Shown: positions 10,306 to 19,364, counted from the first letter of the stretch. The stretch: DNA of 64,000 nucleotides from Flavobacteriaceae bacterium (GCA_027082925.1 JALWTD010000013.1:96349-160348), one strand, 5' to 3'. Program-made: numbers and translations. Notes: generated by a model not told the origin, from the letters alone.

Positions 10306-11091
10306 CTAATCGATTTGATTTATAAAATGTTGGCAAGCTTCTCCCGGATTATCTGTTTTCATAAAATTTTCACCTATTAAAAATCCTTGAAATCCGTATT
10401 CTTTAAGTCCGGTAATAATTCTAGGGTCACTAATTCCACTTTCAGAAACTTTAACACAACTCTGCGGAATTTTTTCGGCCAAAGAAATAGAGTGTTCTAA
10501 ATCTACCTTAAACGTTTTTAAATTACGGTTGTTAATCCCTATTATTTTATCATCTAGCACTATTTTATCCAATTCTTCCTCACTGTGCACCTCATACAAT
10601 ACATCTAAGCCTAATTCTTTAGCCAATGCCCCGTAATTTTTTAATTCTTGCGTTGTTAAACAAGCTGCTATTAACAAAATAGCATCGGCACCAACGGCTT
10701 TTGCTTCTACTATTTGGAAAGCATCAACAATAAAATCTTTACGCAAAATAGGTGTTGTTTCGTTGATAACTCGTGCTTGAATAATATCGATTATGCTTCC
10801 TCCAAAAAACTCAAAATCTGTTAATATAGACTGTGCTGCAACATTGGCTTTTAAGTACCCTTGTGTTACCTCAACAACCGATGACGTATCATTAATAATT
10901 CCTTTTGAAGGAGATTTTCGTTTGTACTCTGCAATAATTCCGGTAGAACCGGCTGAAATTAATGCCTTTTTTAAGGACAAAGGTGTACGCTTAAAATTGG
11001 GGCTTTTTACCAATTTCTCTAATGAAACTTCGTTTTTTAGCTTTTTTATTTCTTGTTTTTTATAAGCTATTATTTTTTCAAGTATATCCAT
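10306..11091 (-). CDS. trpC: Indole-3-glycerol phosphate synthase
   Basis: IIAEYKRKSPSKG, ILRKDFIVD, GINNRNL, SESGI. Confidence 0.97.
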   Translation of the reverse strand: MDILEKIIAYKKQEIKKLKNEVSLEKLVKSPNFKRTPLSLKKALISAGSTGIIAEYKRKSPSKGIINDTSSVVEVTQGYLKANVAAQSILTDFEFFGGSIIDIIQARVINETTPILRKDFIVDAFQIVEAKAVGADAILLIAACLTTQELKNYGALAKELGLDVLYEVHSEEELDKIVLDDKIIGINNRNLKTFKVDLEHSISLAEKIPQSCVKVSESGISDPRIITGLKEYGFQGFLIGENFMKTDNPGEACQHFINQID

Positions 11092-12077
11092 TACAGTACT
11101 AACTTTTTTAAACTTTCTTTTGCTTTTAATGACAATAATGAATCTTTAGCTTCTTCAAAAGCGGTTTCAAACGATTTGCTTTTATCTATAATTTTTAGTG
11201 CAAATGCCGCATTTGCTAAAACAACATTATTTTGTGCTTCTGTGCCATTTCCATCTAAAATAGCAACAAATATTTTGGCTGCTTCTTTAACAGAGTTTCC
11301 TCCAAATATTTCTGATTGTTGTAATTTACGCAAGTGCAAACTTTCAGGACTAATGAGTTGTTCGTTTTCACGCGTAAATAACTTAAATGCGCTTGTTAGC
11401 GATATTTCGTCGTATCCGTCTAAACTATAAACAATACCATAATTTTTATTGGTTTCTTGTAGCAAGTAATTGTAAATTCTTGCAACTTCTAAATTAAAAA
11501 CACCTACCAACTGGTTTTGCGGATGGCTAGGGTTTACCAATGGCCCTAACATATTAAAAAATGTTTTCATTCCCAGTTCTTTACGTACCGGAGCTACCGC
11601 TTTCATAGCCGGATGAAACAATGGTGCGTGTAAAAAACAAATATTCGCCTTATCGAGCTGCTGTTTTAAAGTTGCTTCGCTATTGGTAAATTTATATCCC
11701 AAATACGCTAACATATTTGAAGATCCACTTACTGAAGAAACACCGTAATTTCCGTGTTTAGCTACTTTATTTCCTGTTCCTGCAACTATGAAAGAGGTGA
11801 GTGTAGAAATGTTAAATGTATTTTTACCATCACCTCCCGTACCACATAAATCTATGGTATTAAATTCTGATAAGTCTATTGTAATTGCCAACTCTAATAA
11901 AGCTTCTCTAAATCCTGCAAGTTCGTTTACCGAGATTGGTCTCATTAAAAAAACCGTTAAAAATGAAGCCAATTGTGAAGTATTATAGTTTTCACTTGCT
12001 ATTTTTATCAAGATTTCTTTAGCCTCTTCTTTACTCAATCGCTGTTGCTGAAATAATTTATTTAATACTGTTTTCAT
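11091..12077 (-). CDS. trpD: Anthranilate phosphoribosyltransferase
   Basis: DLCGTGGDG, NISTL, KHGN, LDGYDEIS. Confidence 0.97.
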   Translation of the reverse strand: MKTVLNKLFQQQRLSKEEAKEILIKIASENYNTSQLASFLTVFLMRPISVNELAGFREALLELAITIDLSEFNTIDLCGTGGDGKNTFNISTLTSFIVAGTGNKVAKHGNYGVSSVSGSSNMLAYLGYKFTNSEATLKQQLDKANICFLHAPLFHPAMKAVAPVRKELGMKTFFNMLGPLVNPSHPQNQLVGVFNLEVARIYNYLLQETNKNYGIVYSLDGYDEISLTSAFKLFTRENEQLISPESLHLRKLQQSEIFGGNSVKEAAKIFVAILDGNGTEAQNNVVLANAAFALKIIDKSKSFETAFEEAKDSLLSLKAKESLKKLVL

Positions 12078-12652
12078 GACTTGTTTGCTTCTATAAAGTT
12101 ACGTACAATTTGGGTTCCTAAAGGTGTTAAAATAGACTCGGGATGATATTGTACTGCACTTATATTGTATTTTTTATGCTGTAACGACATTATTGAGCCA
12201 TGCTCGTCTACAGCGGTTATTTCTAATTCGGATGGAAAGGTTTTTGAAGAAGCAATCCATGAATGGTAACGTGCTGCTTCAAATTTTTGAGGAATATTTT
12301 TATAGATAAGTGCCTTTTTATTACTCACATTCATTGTAGTTGCTACTCCGTGAAAAACCGTATCTAAATTCTCTATGGTGCCTCCAAACACTTCGGTAAT
12401 AGCTTGTAATCCTAAGCATACACCAAATATAGGTTTTGTAGCTGCATAGGTTTTTATAACCTCTTTTAAAATACCTGCTTCGTTTGGTATTCCGGGACCG
12501 GGAGATAAAATTAACAGGTCGTAGTTATTTATTTCTTCAATGCTAATTTCATCATTTCTAAATACTGCCGGATATTTTCCGGTAATATTTTCAACCATAT
12601 GAACTAGATTGTATGTGAATGAGTCGTAATTATCTATTATTAAAATGTTCAT
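12074..12652 (-). CDS. trpG: Anthranilate synthase component II (glutamine amidotransferase)
   Basis: IDNYDSFTYNL, SPGPG, GVCLG, QYHPES. Confidence 0.96.
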   Translation of the reverse strand: MNILIIDNYDSFTYNLVHMVENITGKYPAVFRNDEISIEEINNYDLLILSPGPGIPNEAGILKEVIKTYAATKPIFGVCLGLQAITEVFGGTIENLDTVFHGVATTMNVSNKKALIYKNIPQKFEAARYHSWIASSKTFPSELEITAVDEHGSIMSLQHKKYNISAVQYHPESILTPLGTQIVRNFIEANKS

Positions 12653-12685
12653 TTTTTCAGGTATTTATGCTTTTTTATATGTTTT

Positions 12686-12774
12686 GCGTTAGGGATTGAA
12701 GCTTTGTTTGAGCTCTTTTACAGTAATAGCTGTAAAAAGCGAGTGCGTAAAGCCCGCCCCGAAGGGAAACGCCC
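12686..12774 (-). ncRNA. Flavo-1-like structured RNA / intergenic repeat element
   Basis: The minus strand reads GGGCGTTTCCCTTCGGGGCGGGCTTTACGCACTCGC-TTTTTACAG-CTATTA-CTGTAAAA-GAGCTCAAACAAAGCTTCAATCCCTAACGC. It has a C(UUCG)G hairpin, a perfect 8-bp central stem, and GGGCTTT...CAATCCCTAACGC ends that match my recollection of the Flavo-1 motif. Not confirmed by a covariance-model search. Confidence 0.7.
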
Positions 12775-14165
12775 TAAATATTTTTTGCCAATATTAATGC
12801 TTTTTTTAATGCGGCTAATTTGTTATTTACTTCTTGTAACTCGCCTTCTTCACTAGAGTTTATAACAATTCCCGCTCCGGCTTGGTAAAACAGGGTATTG
12901 TTTTTACTCACAAAGGAACGAATGGCGATAGCTAAATTTACCGAATTGTTTAAGCCTATAAAGCCTACTGCTCCTCCATAAAATCCGCGAGTTTGATTCT
13001 CGTAAGTGTCTATTAGCTCCATGGCCTTGTATTTTGGCGCTCCGCTAAGTGTACCTGCCGGAAATGTATCTCCAACTATTTCTATGGCTTTACCGTTTGG
13101 TTTTCCTTCAACAGTAGAAACCAAATGAATGACATGACTAAAGTATTGTACTTCTTTAAACACTTCTACTTTTACATTACTTGCGTGCTTACTTAAATCG
13201 TTACGAGCCAAATCTACCAACATCACATGCTCTGCATTTTCTTTTGTGTCTTTTGATAGTTTTTCGCCCAATAAAATATCTTTTGCCATATCTCCTGTGC
13301 GTCTAAATGTTCCGGCAATAGGGTTTATAATGGCTTTTTCTGCGTCTATTTTTATTTGTGCTTCGGGTGAAGAACCCATAAGTTTAAAACTTCCGTAATC
13401 GAAATAAAACAGGTATGGCGATGGGTTTATTGAACGCAATGCTCTGTACACATTAAATTCGTCTCCTGAAAATGATTGCTGAAATTGACGTGATAATACT
13501 AACTGAAAAACATCGCCGCGTTTACAGTGTTGTTTGGCTTTTGATACGTTGTGTTTAAATTCTTCATCGGTACAATTTGAAGTTTCGTTTCCTTCAAAAT
13601 TAAATGTGTATAAGTTGTACGAATGTGCGTTTACTATGGTTTCTATTTCGTGTATTCTTGAGGTTTCCCCGTCTTCAATATTTTCTATAATAGTGAGCTC
13701 ATCGTTAAAATGATTAATCATAATTATAAATTTAAAAAAGCTAAACTGAAAATCGGGAATTTCAGAAAGTGCTTTTTTAGCTTGAAGCTTAATGGTTTCA
13801 AAATACTGAATGGCATTGTATGAAATATAGCCGTAAAAACCGTTATACTTTTCTATTTCACTATCGCAATCTACCGAAATGGTGTTGCTGTATGTTTCAA
13901 AAATATTGTAGAAATTTTTAGCAATTTCATGTGATTGCAATTGCTGATTTTTATAGTGATATGAAAATGTATTTTCGTGGGCTTTTAACGTTATAATAGG
14001 CTCTATACACAAAAACGTAAAGCTTTCTTCTTTACTGTGATAGTCTGAGCTTTCTAACAGTAAACTATTGGCATATTTGTCTCGTATTTTAGAATATAAG
14101 CCTACTGGTGTAACGGTGTCTGCCAATCGTTTTTTTGATATTGTTTTAAATTTAAAGTGCTTCAT
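12774..14165 (-). CDS. trpE: Anthranilate synthase component I
   Basis: LLESSD, GDVFQLVLS, NPSPYLFY, PIAGT, EHVMLVDLARND, FPAGTLSGAPK. Confidence 0.97.
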   Translation of the reverse strand: MKHFKFKTISKKRLADTVTPVGLYSKIRDKYANSLLLESSDYHSKEESFTFLCIEPIITLKAHENTFSYHYKNQQLQSHEIAKNFYNIFETYSNTISVDCDSEIEKYNGFYGYISYNAIQYFETIKLQAKKALSEIPDFQFSFFKFIIMINHFNDELTIIENIEDGETSRIHEIETIVNAHSYNLYTFNFEGNETSNCTDEEFKHNVSKAKQHCKRGDVFQLVLSRQFQQSFSGDEFNVYRALRSINPSPYLFYFDYGSFKLMGSSPEAQIKIDAEKAIINPIAGTFRRTGDMAKDILLGEKLSKDTKENAEHVMLVDLARNDLSKHASNVKVEVFKEVQYFSHVIHLVSTVEGKPNGKAIEIVGDTFPAGTLSGAPKYKAMELIDTYENQTRGFYGGAVGFIGLNNSVNLAIAIRSFVSKNNTLFYQAGAGIVINSSEEGELQEVNNKLAALKKALILAKNI

Positions 14166-14176
14166 GTTGTTGAAAT

Positions 14177-14209
14177 AAAAAAGGACTTATCGCGAGATAA
14201 GTCCTTTTT
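14177..14209 (-). terminator. trp attenuator terminator hairpin
   Basis: Minus strand GGACTTATC-TCGC-GATAAGTCC (9-bp perfect stem) followed by T6, 11 nt before the trpE ATG. Confidence 0.9.
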
Positions 14210-14245
14210 GTTTTTTATTTATGGTAAATAATGGTTACTTCTCGC

Positions 14246-14299
14246 TTATTGTATAAGAGAGTTCCACCACCAGTTCATATTTAAATTATTACTTGTCAT
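14246..14299 (-). CDS. trpL: trp operon leader peptide MTSNNLNMNWWWNSLIQ (17 aa)
   Basis: Hand-translated uORF with TGG-TGG-TGG, lying between a consensus promoter and the terminator hairpin. Confidence 0.9.
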   Translation of the reverse strand: MTSNNLNMNWWWNSLIQ

Positions 14300-14308
14300 T
14301 GTTAGCGA

Positions 14309-14339
14309 CAAATTTAGTATAGATTTTTAAATGAGCAAA
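14309..14339 (-). promoter_or_regulatory. Bacteroidota housekeeping promoter for trpL/trpE
   Basis: TTTG (14339-14336), 19-nt spacer, TAAATTTG (14316-14309). Matches the -33/-7 consensus. Confidence 0.8.
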
Positions 14340-14363
14340 TTATTCTTCAAAAAAAATCAAATT

Positions 14364-15311
14364 TTAAAGTAATGCCCCTAAATAACGTTCGGCGTCTAGA
14401 GCTGCCATACATCCTGTACCTGCAGCTGTAACAGCTTGTCTGTACTCTTTGTCTTGTACGTCTCCTGCTGCAAAAACACCCGGTACATTTGTTTTGGTAG
14501 ATTTTCCTTCGGTAATTAAATACCCTGTTTCGTCCATATCTAACACTCCTTTAAAAATATCGGTATTTGGTTTATGACCTATTGCTATAAAAACACCGGT
14601 TACTTTGACAACTTGTTTTTCGCCTGTTTTGTTGTTTACCACTCGTACACCTTCTACTACATTTTCGCCTAAAACTTCGTCAATTTCGGTATTGTACATA
14701 ACTTCCAAGTTTGGAGTGTTTTTAACACGATGTTGCATTGCTTTAGAGGCTCTCATATAGTCTTTACGCACAAGCATAGTTACTTTGTTGCAGATATTTG
14801 AAAGATAGGTAGCTTCTTCTGCAGCTGTATCTCCTGCACCTACTACCACAACATCTTGTCCTTTATAAAAGAAACCGTCGCAGGTAGCACAGGCAGAAAC
14901 ACCTCCACCTATTAATCGTTGTTCGCTTTCTAGTCCGAGGTATTTTGCTGTAGCTCCGGTAGAAATAATTACGGTTTCGGCTTCAATTTCAGTTGTTTCA
15001 TCAACCGTAACTTTATGAATACCTCCTACTTCATTACTAAAATTTACGCTTGTTACCATTCCAAAACGAACCTCGGTACCAAATCGCTCTGCTTGTTTTT
15101 TCAAGTCCTCCATCATTGCTGTTCCGTCTGTTCCTTCTGGATATCCCGGGAAATTATCAACTTCAGTCGTTGTTGTAAGCTGACCTCCCATTTGCATACC
15201 TGTATACATTACAGGTTTTAAATCGGCTCTTGAAGCATATATTGCAGCAGTATAACCTGCTGGACCAGAACCAATTATTAGACACTTTATTCTTTCTATT
15301 GTATTTGACAT
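14364..15311 (-). CDS. trxB: Thioredoxin-disulfide reductase
   Basis: IIGSGPAGYTAA, CATCDG, GVFAAGDV. Confidence 0.97.
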   Translation of the reverse strand: MSNTIERIKCLIIGSGPAGYTAAIYASRADLKPVMYTGMQMGGQLTTTTEVDNFPGYPEGTDGTAMMEDLKKQAERFGTEVRFGMVTSVNFSNEVGGIHKVTVDETTEIEAETVIISTGATAKYLGLESEQRLIGGGVSACATCDGFFYKGQDVVVVGAGDTAAEEATYLSNICNKVTMLVRKDYMRASKAMQHRVKNTPNLEVMYNTEIDEVLGENVVEGVRVVNNKTGEKQVVKVTGVFIAIGHKPNTDIFKGVLDMDETGYLITEGKSTKTNVPGVFAAGDVQDKEYRQAVTAAGTGCMAALDAERYLGALL

Positions 15312-15338
15312 GTTTATTTATTTTATTTTTTCGATAAG

Positions 15339-15346
15339 CAAATTTA
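15339..15346 (-). promoter_or_regulatory. -7 promoter box for trxB
   Basis: TAAATTTG on the minus strand, 27 nt before the ATG. Confidence 0.6.
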
Positions 15347-15459
15347 TGTGAATTTATTTATTTTTAAAGACTTTACTTATAGTTTTTTATAATGTAATTA
15401 TAAGATTCTTTAATAGTTACCTGTTAGCATATTTTATGTTGTAGAAGGTGATGTGTCTT

Positions 15460-17193
15460 TTACTTTTCAAGCAAATGTCTTTTTAAGGCTCTTCCTATAA
15501 ACCTCACCTTTTCTTTAAAGCTAAAACGAGCTAAATTTACTTTTACCACACCTTTAGTCATATACGTTTTTTTACTGTAATCGATAATCACATCAACAAT
15601 TACCGGTGTATTTTTTTTAGCAAGTTCAAACGCTTGCTCCATCACTTGATTTATTTGAGCGTCGTTTTCCATACGTAAATAGTTTGCACCGCAAGCTATT
15701 GCCATTCCTTCTATATTTACATTTCCTATTACCGATGCCACTTTTCGTTTTAACGGTATTTTTTGAAATTGAGATATTTGCCCCAATTCTCCATCGTGAA
15801 AAACAAAGTACACCACTCCTTTTTGATAGGTAGAAGCTGTTAAAATTTCCATTCCGGTCATTAAAAATCCACCATCACCAACAATGCCAACAACTGTATT
15901 ATTAGGATTCATAAATTTTGTACCTATTGCCGCCGGCACGCAAAATCCCATACAATTGAAATCGGTTGGAGATACAAAATGTCTCGATTTATTTACAGGA
16001 AGTAGTTCTGCTGCTAAGTAGGTGTGTTTTCCGTCGTCAACAACAAAATAAGTATCGTCGTTTGTGTGTTTTGCTAACGCCTCAAAAAAGAATCCGGGAG
16101 ATACTTTGTTTGGTAATGGTTTTTCTTTCCACTCTAAAAAGTAACGCTCTTTTTCTTTTTTAATTTGCGTTGTTAAAGCAATGTCATCTTGTTTTTGATG
16201 TGTTTCCAATTCTTTTACCAATAGCGATAATGCTTCAGAAGCATCACCTTCAATACTTATTTTAGCAGGGTAGTTTTTATTAAAAACATTCGGGTTGATA
16301 TCTATATGCACTAAATTTTTGGGAACACTTACACCAAAGCTACCTGTTGCTATCTCAGAAAAACGAACGCCTACCGCTAACATAGCATCGCAATTTTTAA
16401 ATGCTTTTTGAGATGCTGGTACTGAGTTTGGTCCAAACCCAAAACCGGTATGGTACTTATTTGATGCCGGAAACGAGGCTTTCCCTTGTAAAGTTGTAGC
16501 TACTGGTGCTCCTAATATTTCAGCAATTTTAAGTAAGCTATCTGTAGCATTTGCTGCACCCCATCCTACATATATTCCCGGATTTTTTGCTTGAGATAAA
16601 AGCTTTGCAGCTTCTTTTATCTGCTCACTTTTAATGAGTGGATTGCGCGTACTTTTTTTGTATGGCAACAGCGACTTTACAGCACCTTTAAACATTTGCA
16701 ATTCCATTGGAATCTCAATAAAAACAGGTCCTGGTTCTCCTGAAGTTGCTATATCATACGCTTTGTATATGGTTGTAATTATCTCGTCATGAGATGCTAT
16801 TTTAAAATATGCTTTGGTAATTTCATTAACTAAATTTTCTTGACTCAATTGGTGTAGCTGATAGTGTCTACCGCTATCTTGACGTGTACCTCCTGAAATA
16901 ATAAGCATTGGTATACCGTCTAAATAAGCCTCTCCTATTCCGCTCATAGCATTGGTAGTACCCGCAGCGGGTACAACCATTAAAGTACCTATACTATTTG
17001 ATGTACAAGAAACACCTAAAGCCATAAAAGAAGCTCCTCCTTCATGCGTCACTAAAATAGGTTCTATTGCATTTGAATTATTTAACTCATCGTACAACTC
17101 TATATTATGAACTCCCGGAACGCCAAAAGTATATTTAACACCTATTTGTTCAAGGGCGTAAACTGCCAAACTAGCTCCTGTTTTTTTCATCAT
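15460..17193 (-). CDS. Thiamine-diphosphate-dependent enzyme (acetolactate synthase-like superfamily), substrate unknown
   Basis: FGVPGVHN, catalytic Glu in THEGGASFMA, GPVFIEIP, ThDP motif GDGGFLMTG...VFHDG. Confidence 0.85.
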   Translation of the reverse strand: MMKKTGASLAVYALEQIGVKYTFGVPGVHNIELYDELNNSNAIEPILVTHEGGASFMALGVSCTSNSIGTLMVVPAAGTTNAMSGIGEAYLDGIPMLIISGGTRQDSGRHYQLHQLSQENLVNEITKAYFKIASHDEIITTIYKAYDIATSGEPGPVFIEIPMELQMFKGAVKSLLPYKKSTRNPLIKSEQIKEAAKLLSQAKNPGIYVGWGAANATDSLLKIAEILGAPVATTLQGKASFPASNKYHTGFGFGPNSVPASQKAFKNCDAMLAVGVRFSEIATGSFGVSVPKNLVHIDINPNVFNKNYPAKISIEGDASEALSLLVKELETHQKQDDIALTTQIKKEKERYFLEWKEKPLPNKVSPGFFFEALAKHTNDDTYFVVDDGKHTYLAAELLPVNKSRHFVSPTDFNCMGFCVPAAIGTKFMNPNNTVVGIVGDGGFLMTGMEILTASTYQKGVVYFVFHDGELGQISQFQKIPLKRKVASVIGNVNIEGMAIACGANYLRMENDAQINQVMEQAFELAKKNTPVIVDVIIDYSKKTYMTKGVVKVNLARFSFKEKVRFIGRALKRHLLEK

Positions 17194-17194
17194 C

Positions 17195-18817
17195 TTATTT
17201 GTTTATTATGTGTTTTGCTGCTTTTTGTGCCGTAAAAATACACGTTGCCAAAAAAGTACCTTCTAAAGCGCGTTTTCCATGGGAGCCTCCTCCACCAAAA
17301 CCTGCAGCTTCTCCAACTGCGTACAAATTTGAAAAGGCCGCTGTTGTTTGAGCACTATTAGACTTTAAAACTTGTGAATTTAAATTGGTTTGTATACCTC
17401 CCAAACTTTTTCGAGATAAAATAAACTCTCGTATGGCAATTAACGGGTAAGCACTTTTTTGATTTAGCTTTTGAGGTTTTAAGGTACGCTTTCGGTCTCC
17501 TTTATATGCTCTTGTATGAATAATTCGTCTTATTTGTTCATCATTCCAAATATCTTTCCCTCTTTCAAAATTTTGGTCGTAGCTGTCTATAGATGCTTTT
17601 AACACTTCCACATCCACATCATTTGTCCCTGTTAAATTGTTCATCTTTTGAGCCAATTCTTCAATGCTATTTGCTGTAATATAATTAGGTGAATCTTTTT
17701 CCAATGCTTTTATAAGACGCTTATTTCCTTTTAAAACCGAATATAAAAAGGAAACTATTTTTTTGTTTTTAATTCCTTCGTTAAACTCAGAACCCGAAAC
17801 GCCTAACTCTTTATAAGCTATTTTTTTGTTTAAAATTTGCCACGAATATTGTTTTTCTTGCTCACAAATTTTTGTTACCAAATAACGTGTGTCAAACGAT
17901 GTTACCAATGGTATTGGCCCCATACGCTCTCCTTTGTAATTTAACCACAGTGCCGATTTTGGCGGAACTAAACTCAATCCGTGATTATTTCGTTTTGGGT
18001 ATGGATGTGGTATTCCGGCGGCATAATTCCACATTAAATTTAAATTGGCAATGCGACCACCTATTTCCTGTACTTTGTCATGCATTAATCCATCTGAAAA
18101 CTGATGAGAACCATTGAGAATAACTTCGGGTGGCGTACGCCATTCTTTATGCCAATATTTACGTACTTTTTGCATGCTTCCATTAATACCTCCTGTAGCT
18201 AACACCACATTGTCTGCTTTGCAAATAAACGGTATTTTAGTTGCTTCATTAATACCTCTTACCGAAGTTAATTCACCATTTTTAAAATCAAAATCCTCTG
18301 CTTTATGCTGAAACAATACTGTTAAGTTATTACGGTTAGGGTGGGTATTTAAATGTGTTACCAAAGCCTCAATAAGCCCGTGTCCCGTACCCCAAACCAT
18401 ATGAAATCTAGGTACCGAATTGCCCGGCTGAAACAATCCTCGTTCTACCCAATGAACTACCGGAAAAAAATTAACTTTTTTTGAGCGTACCCATTTATAA
18501 ATGCAATCTGTAGATTCTAAAAATGCTTCTGCCCACTTTTTACCCCAAACTTCCTCTTCAGAAAATTCAGCAAAAGAAAACCAATCTTTTTTTGCTTGTG
18601 AAATAGAATCGTTGATTTTAGAAAAACGTTGTTGGGGAGAATTTATAAAAAACATACCTCCAAAAGACTCTTTTGCCAAGCCTCCAAAATTTTTTTCAAA
18701 ATCTCGCTCTACAATAAGTACTTTTTTATTTGCATCTAATAGTTCTATTGCCGTTGTAATTCCGGCAATACCTCCGCCAACAATAACCGTATGCGCTTGA
18801 TATTTACTAATTTTCAT
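17195..18817 (-). CDS. FAD-binding dehydrogenase (COG3573 / KsdD-like, FAD_binding_2)
   Basis: VIVGGGIAG dinucleotide motif, LATGGINGS, LSRKSLGGIQT, LYAVGEAAGFGGGGSHGKRALEGTFL. Confidence 0.8.
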   Translation of the reverse strand: MKISKYQAHTVIVGGGIAGITTAIELLDANKKVLIVERDFEKNFGGLAKESFGGMFFINSPQQRFSKINDSISQAKKDWFSFAEFSEEEVWGKKWAEAFLESTDCIYKWVRSKKVNFFPVVHWVERGLFQPGNSVPRFHMVWGTGHGLIEALVTHLNTHPNRNNLTVLFQHKAEDFDFKNGELTSVRGINEATKIPFICKADNVVLATGGINGSMQKVRKYWHKEWRTPPEVILNGSHQFSDGLMHDKVQEIGGRIANLNLMWNYAAGIPHPYPKRNNHGLSLVPPKSALWLNYKGERMGPIPLVTSFDTRYLVTKICEQEKQYSWQILNKKIAYKELGVSGSEFNEGIKNKKIVSFLYSVLKGNKRLIKALEKDSPNYITANSIEELAQKMNNLTGTNDVDVEVLKASIDSYDQNFERGKDIWNDEQIRRIIHTRAYKGDRKRTLKPQKLNQKSAYPLIAIREFILSRKSLGGIQTNLNSQVLKSNSAQTTAAFSNLYAVGEAAGFGGGGSHGKRALEGTFLATCIFTAQKAAKHIINK

Positions 18818-18882
18818 TACTTAACATTCAATTATTCCCTAATTAGAGAAATATAAACACTAAAGATATAAATTTTAGGTGT

Positions 18883-18890
18883 TACATTTG
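18883..18890 (+). promoter_or_regulatory. -7 promoter box for the thioredoxin-like gene
   Basis: TACATTTG, 17 nt before ATG 18908. Confidence 0.6.
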
Positions 18891-18907
18891 CATAAAAATA
18901 CTGTAGT

Positions 18908-19240
18908 ATGAACAATGATTTATTTTTACCGGAAGCATTTGACAGTTTTATCCAAAATAACGCTGCCGTACTCGCCTATTTTTCTACCACTTCTTGTAGC
19001 GTAGGTGAAGCGGTAGAACCAAAAGTGAAAAATCTTCTTCAAACACATTTTCCTAAATTAAAATTTGTAGCTATAGACTTAAATTTTGCTCCTGAAGTAA
19101 CCGCAAAATACACGGTATTTGTAGAACCTACTATTTTGGTATTTTTTGAAGGAAAAGAAGCCATTAGAATGAGTAGAAATATTAGTATCGAAGCCTTAAA
19201 AAAAGCAATTGACCGATTGTACCAACTAATTTTTGAATAA
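18908..19240 (+). CDS. Thioredoxin-fold protein with a single-Cys site (CSVG)
   Basis: Trx topology (YFSTTSCSVGEAVEPK...FVEPTILVFFEGKE); 110 aa. Confidence 0.75.
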   Translation: MNNDLFLPEAFDSFIQNNAAVLAYFSTTSCSVGEAVEPKVKNLLQTHFPKLKFVAIDLNFAPEVTAKYTVFVEPTILVFFEGKEAIRMSRNISIEALKKAIDRLYQLIFE

Positions 19241-19266
19241 ATCCTTGTAAAATATATTTTTAGTTT

Positions 19267-19274
19267 TATATTTG
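19267..19274 (+). promoter_or_regulatory. -7 promoter box for tRNA-Pro
   Basis: TATATTTG, 15 nt upstream of the tRNA. Confidence 0.7.
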
Positions 19275-19289
19275 CAGTCCGAAAATATT

Positions 19290-19364
19290 CGGGGTGTAGC
19301 GTAGCCCGGTTATCGCGCCGCGTTTGGGACGCGGAGGTCGCAGGTTCGAATCCTGCCACCCCGA
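19290..19364 (+). tRNA. tRNA-Pro(TGG)
   Basis: Acceptor stem CGGGGTG/CACCCCG, anticodon arm CCGCG-TT-TGG-GA-CGCGG, T-loop GGTTCGAATCC. CCA is not encoded. Confidence 0.97.

Noticed and set aside
19039-19359. 106-aa minus-strand ORF (MAGFEPATSASQTRR...)
   Set aside because: Its N-terminus is the reverse complement of tRNA-Pro, a classic false ORF.
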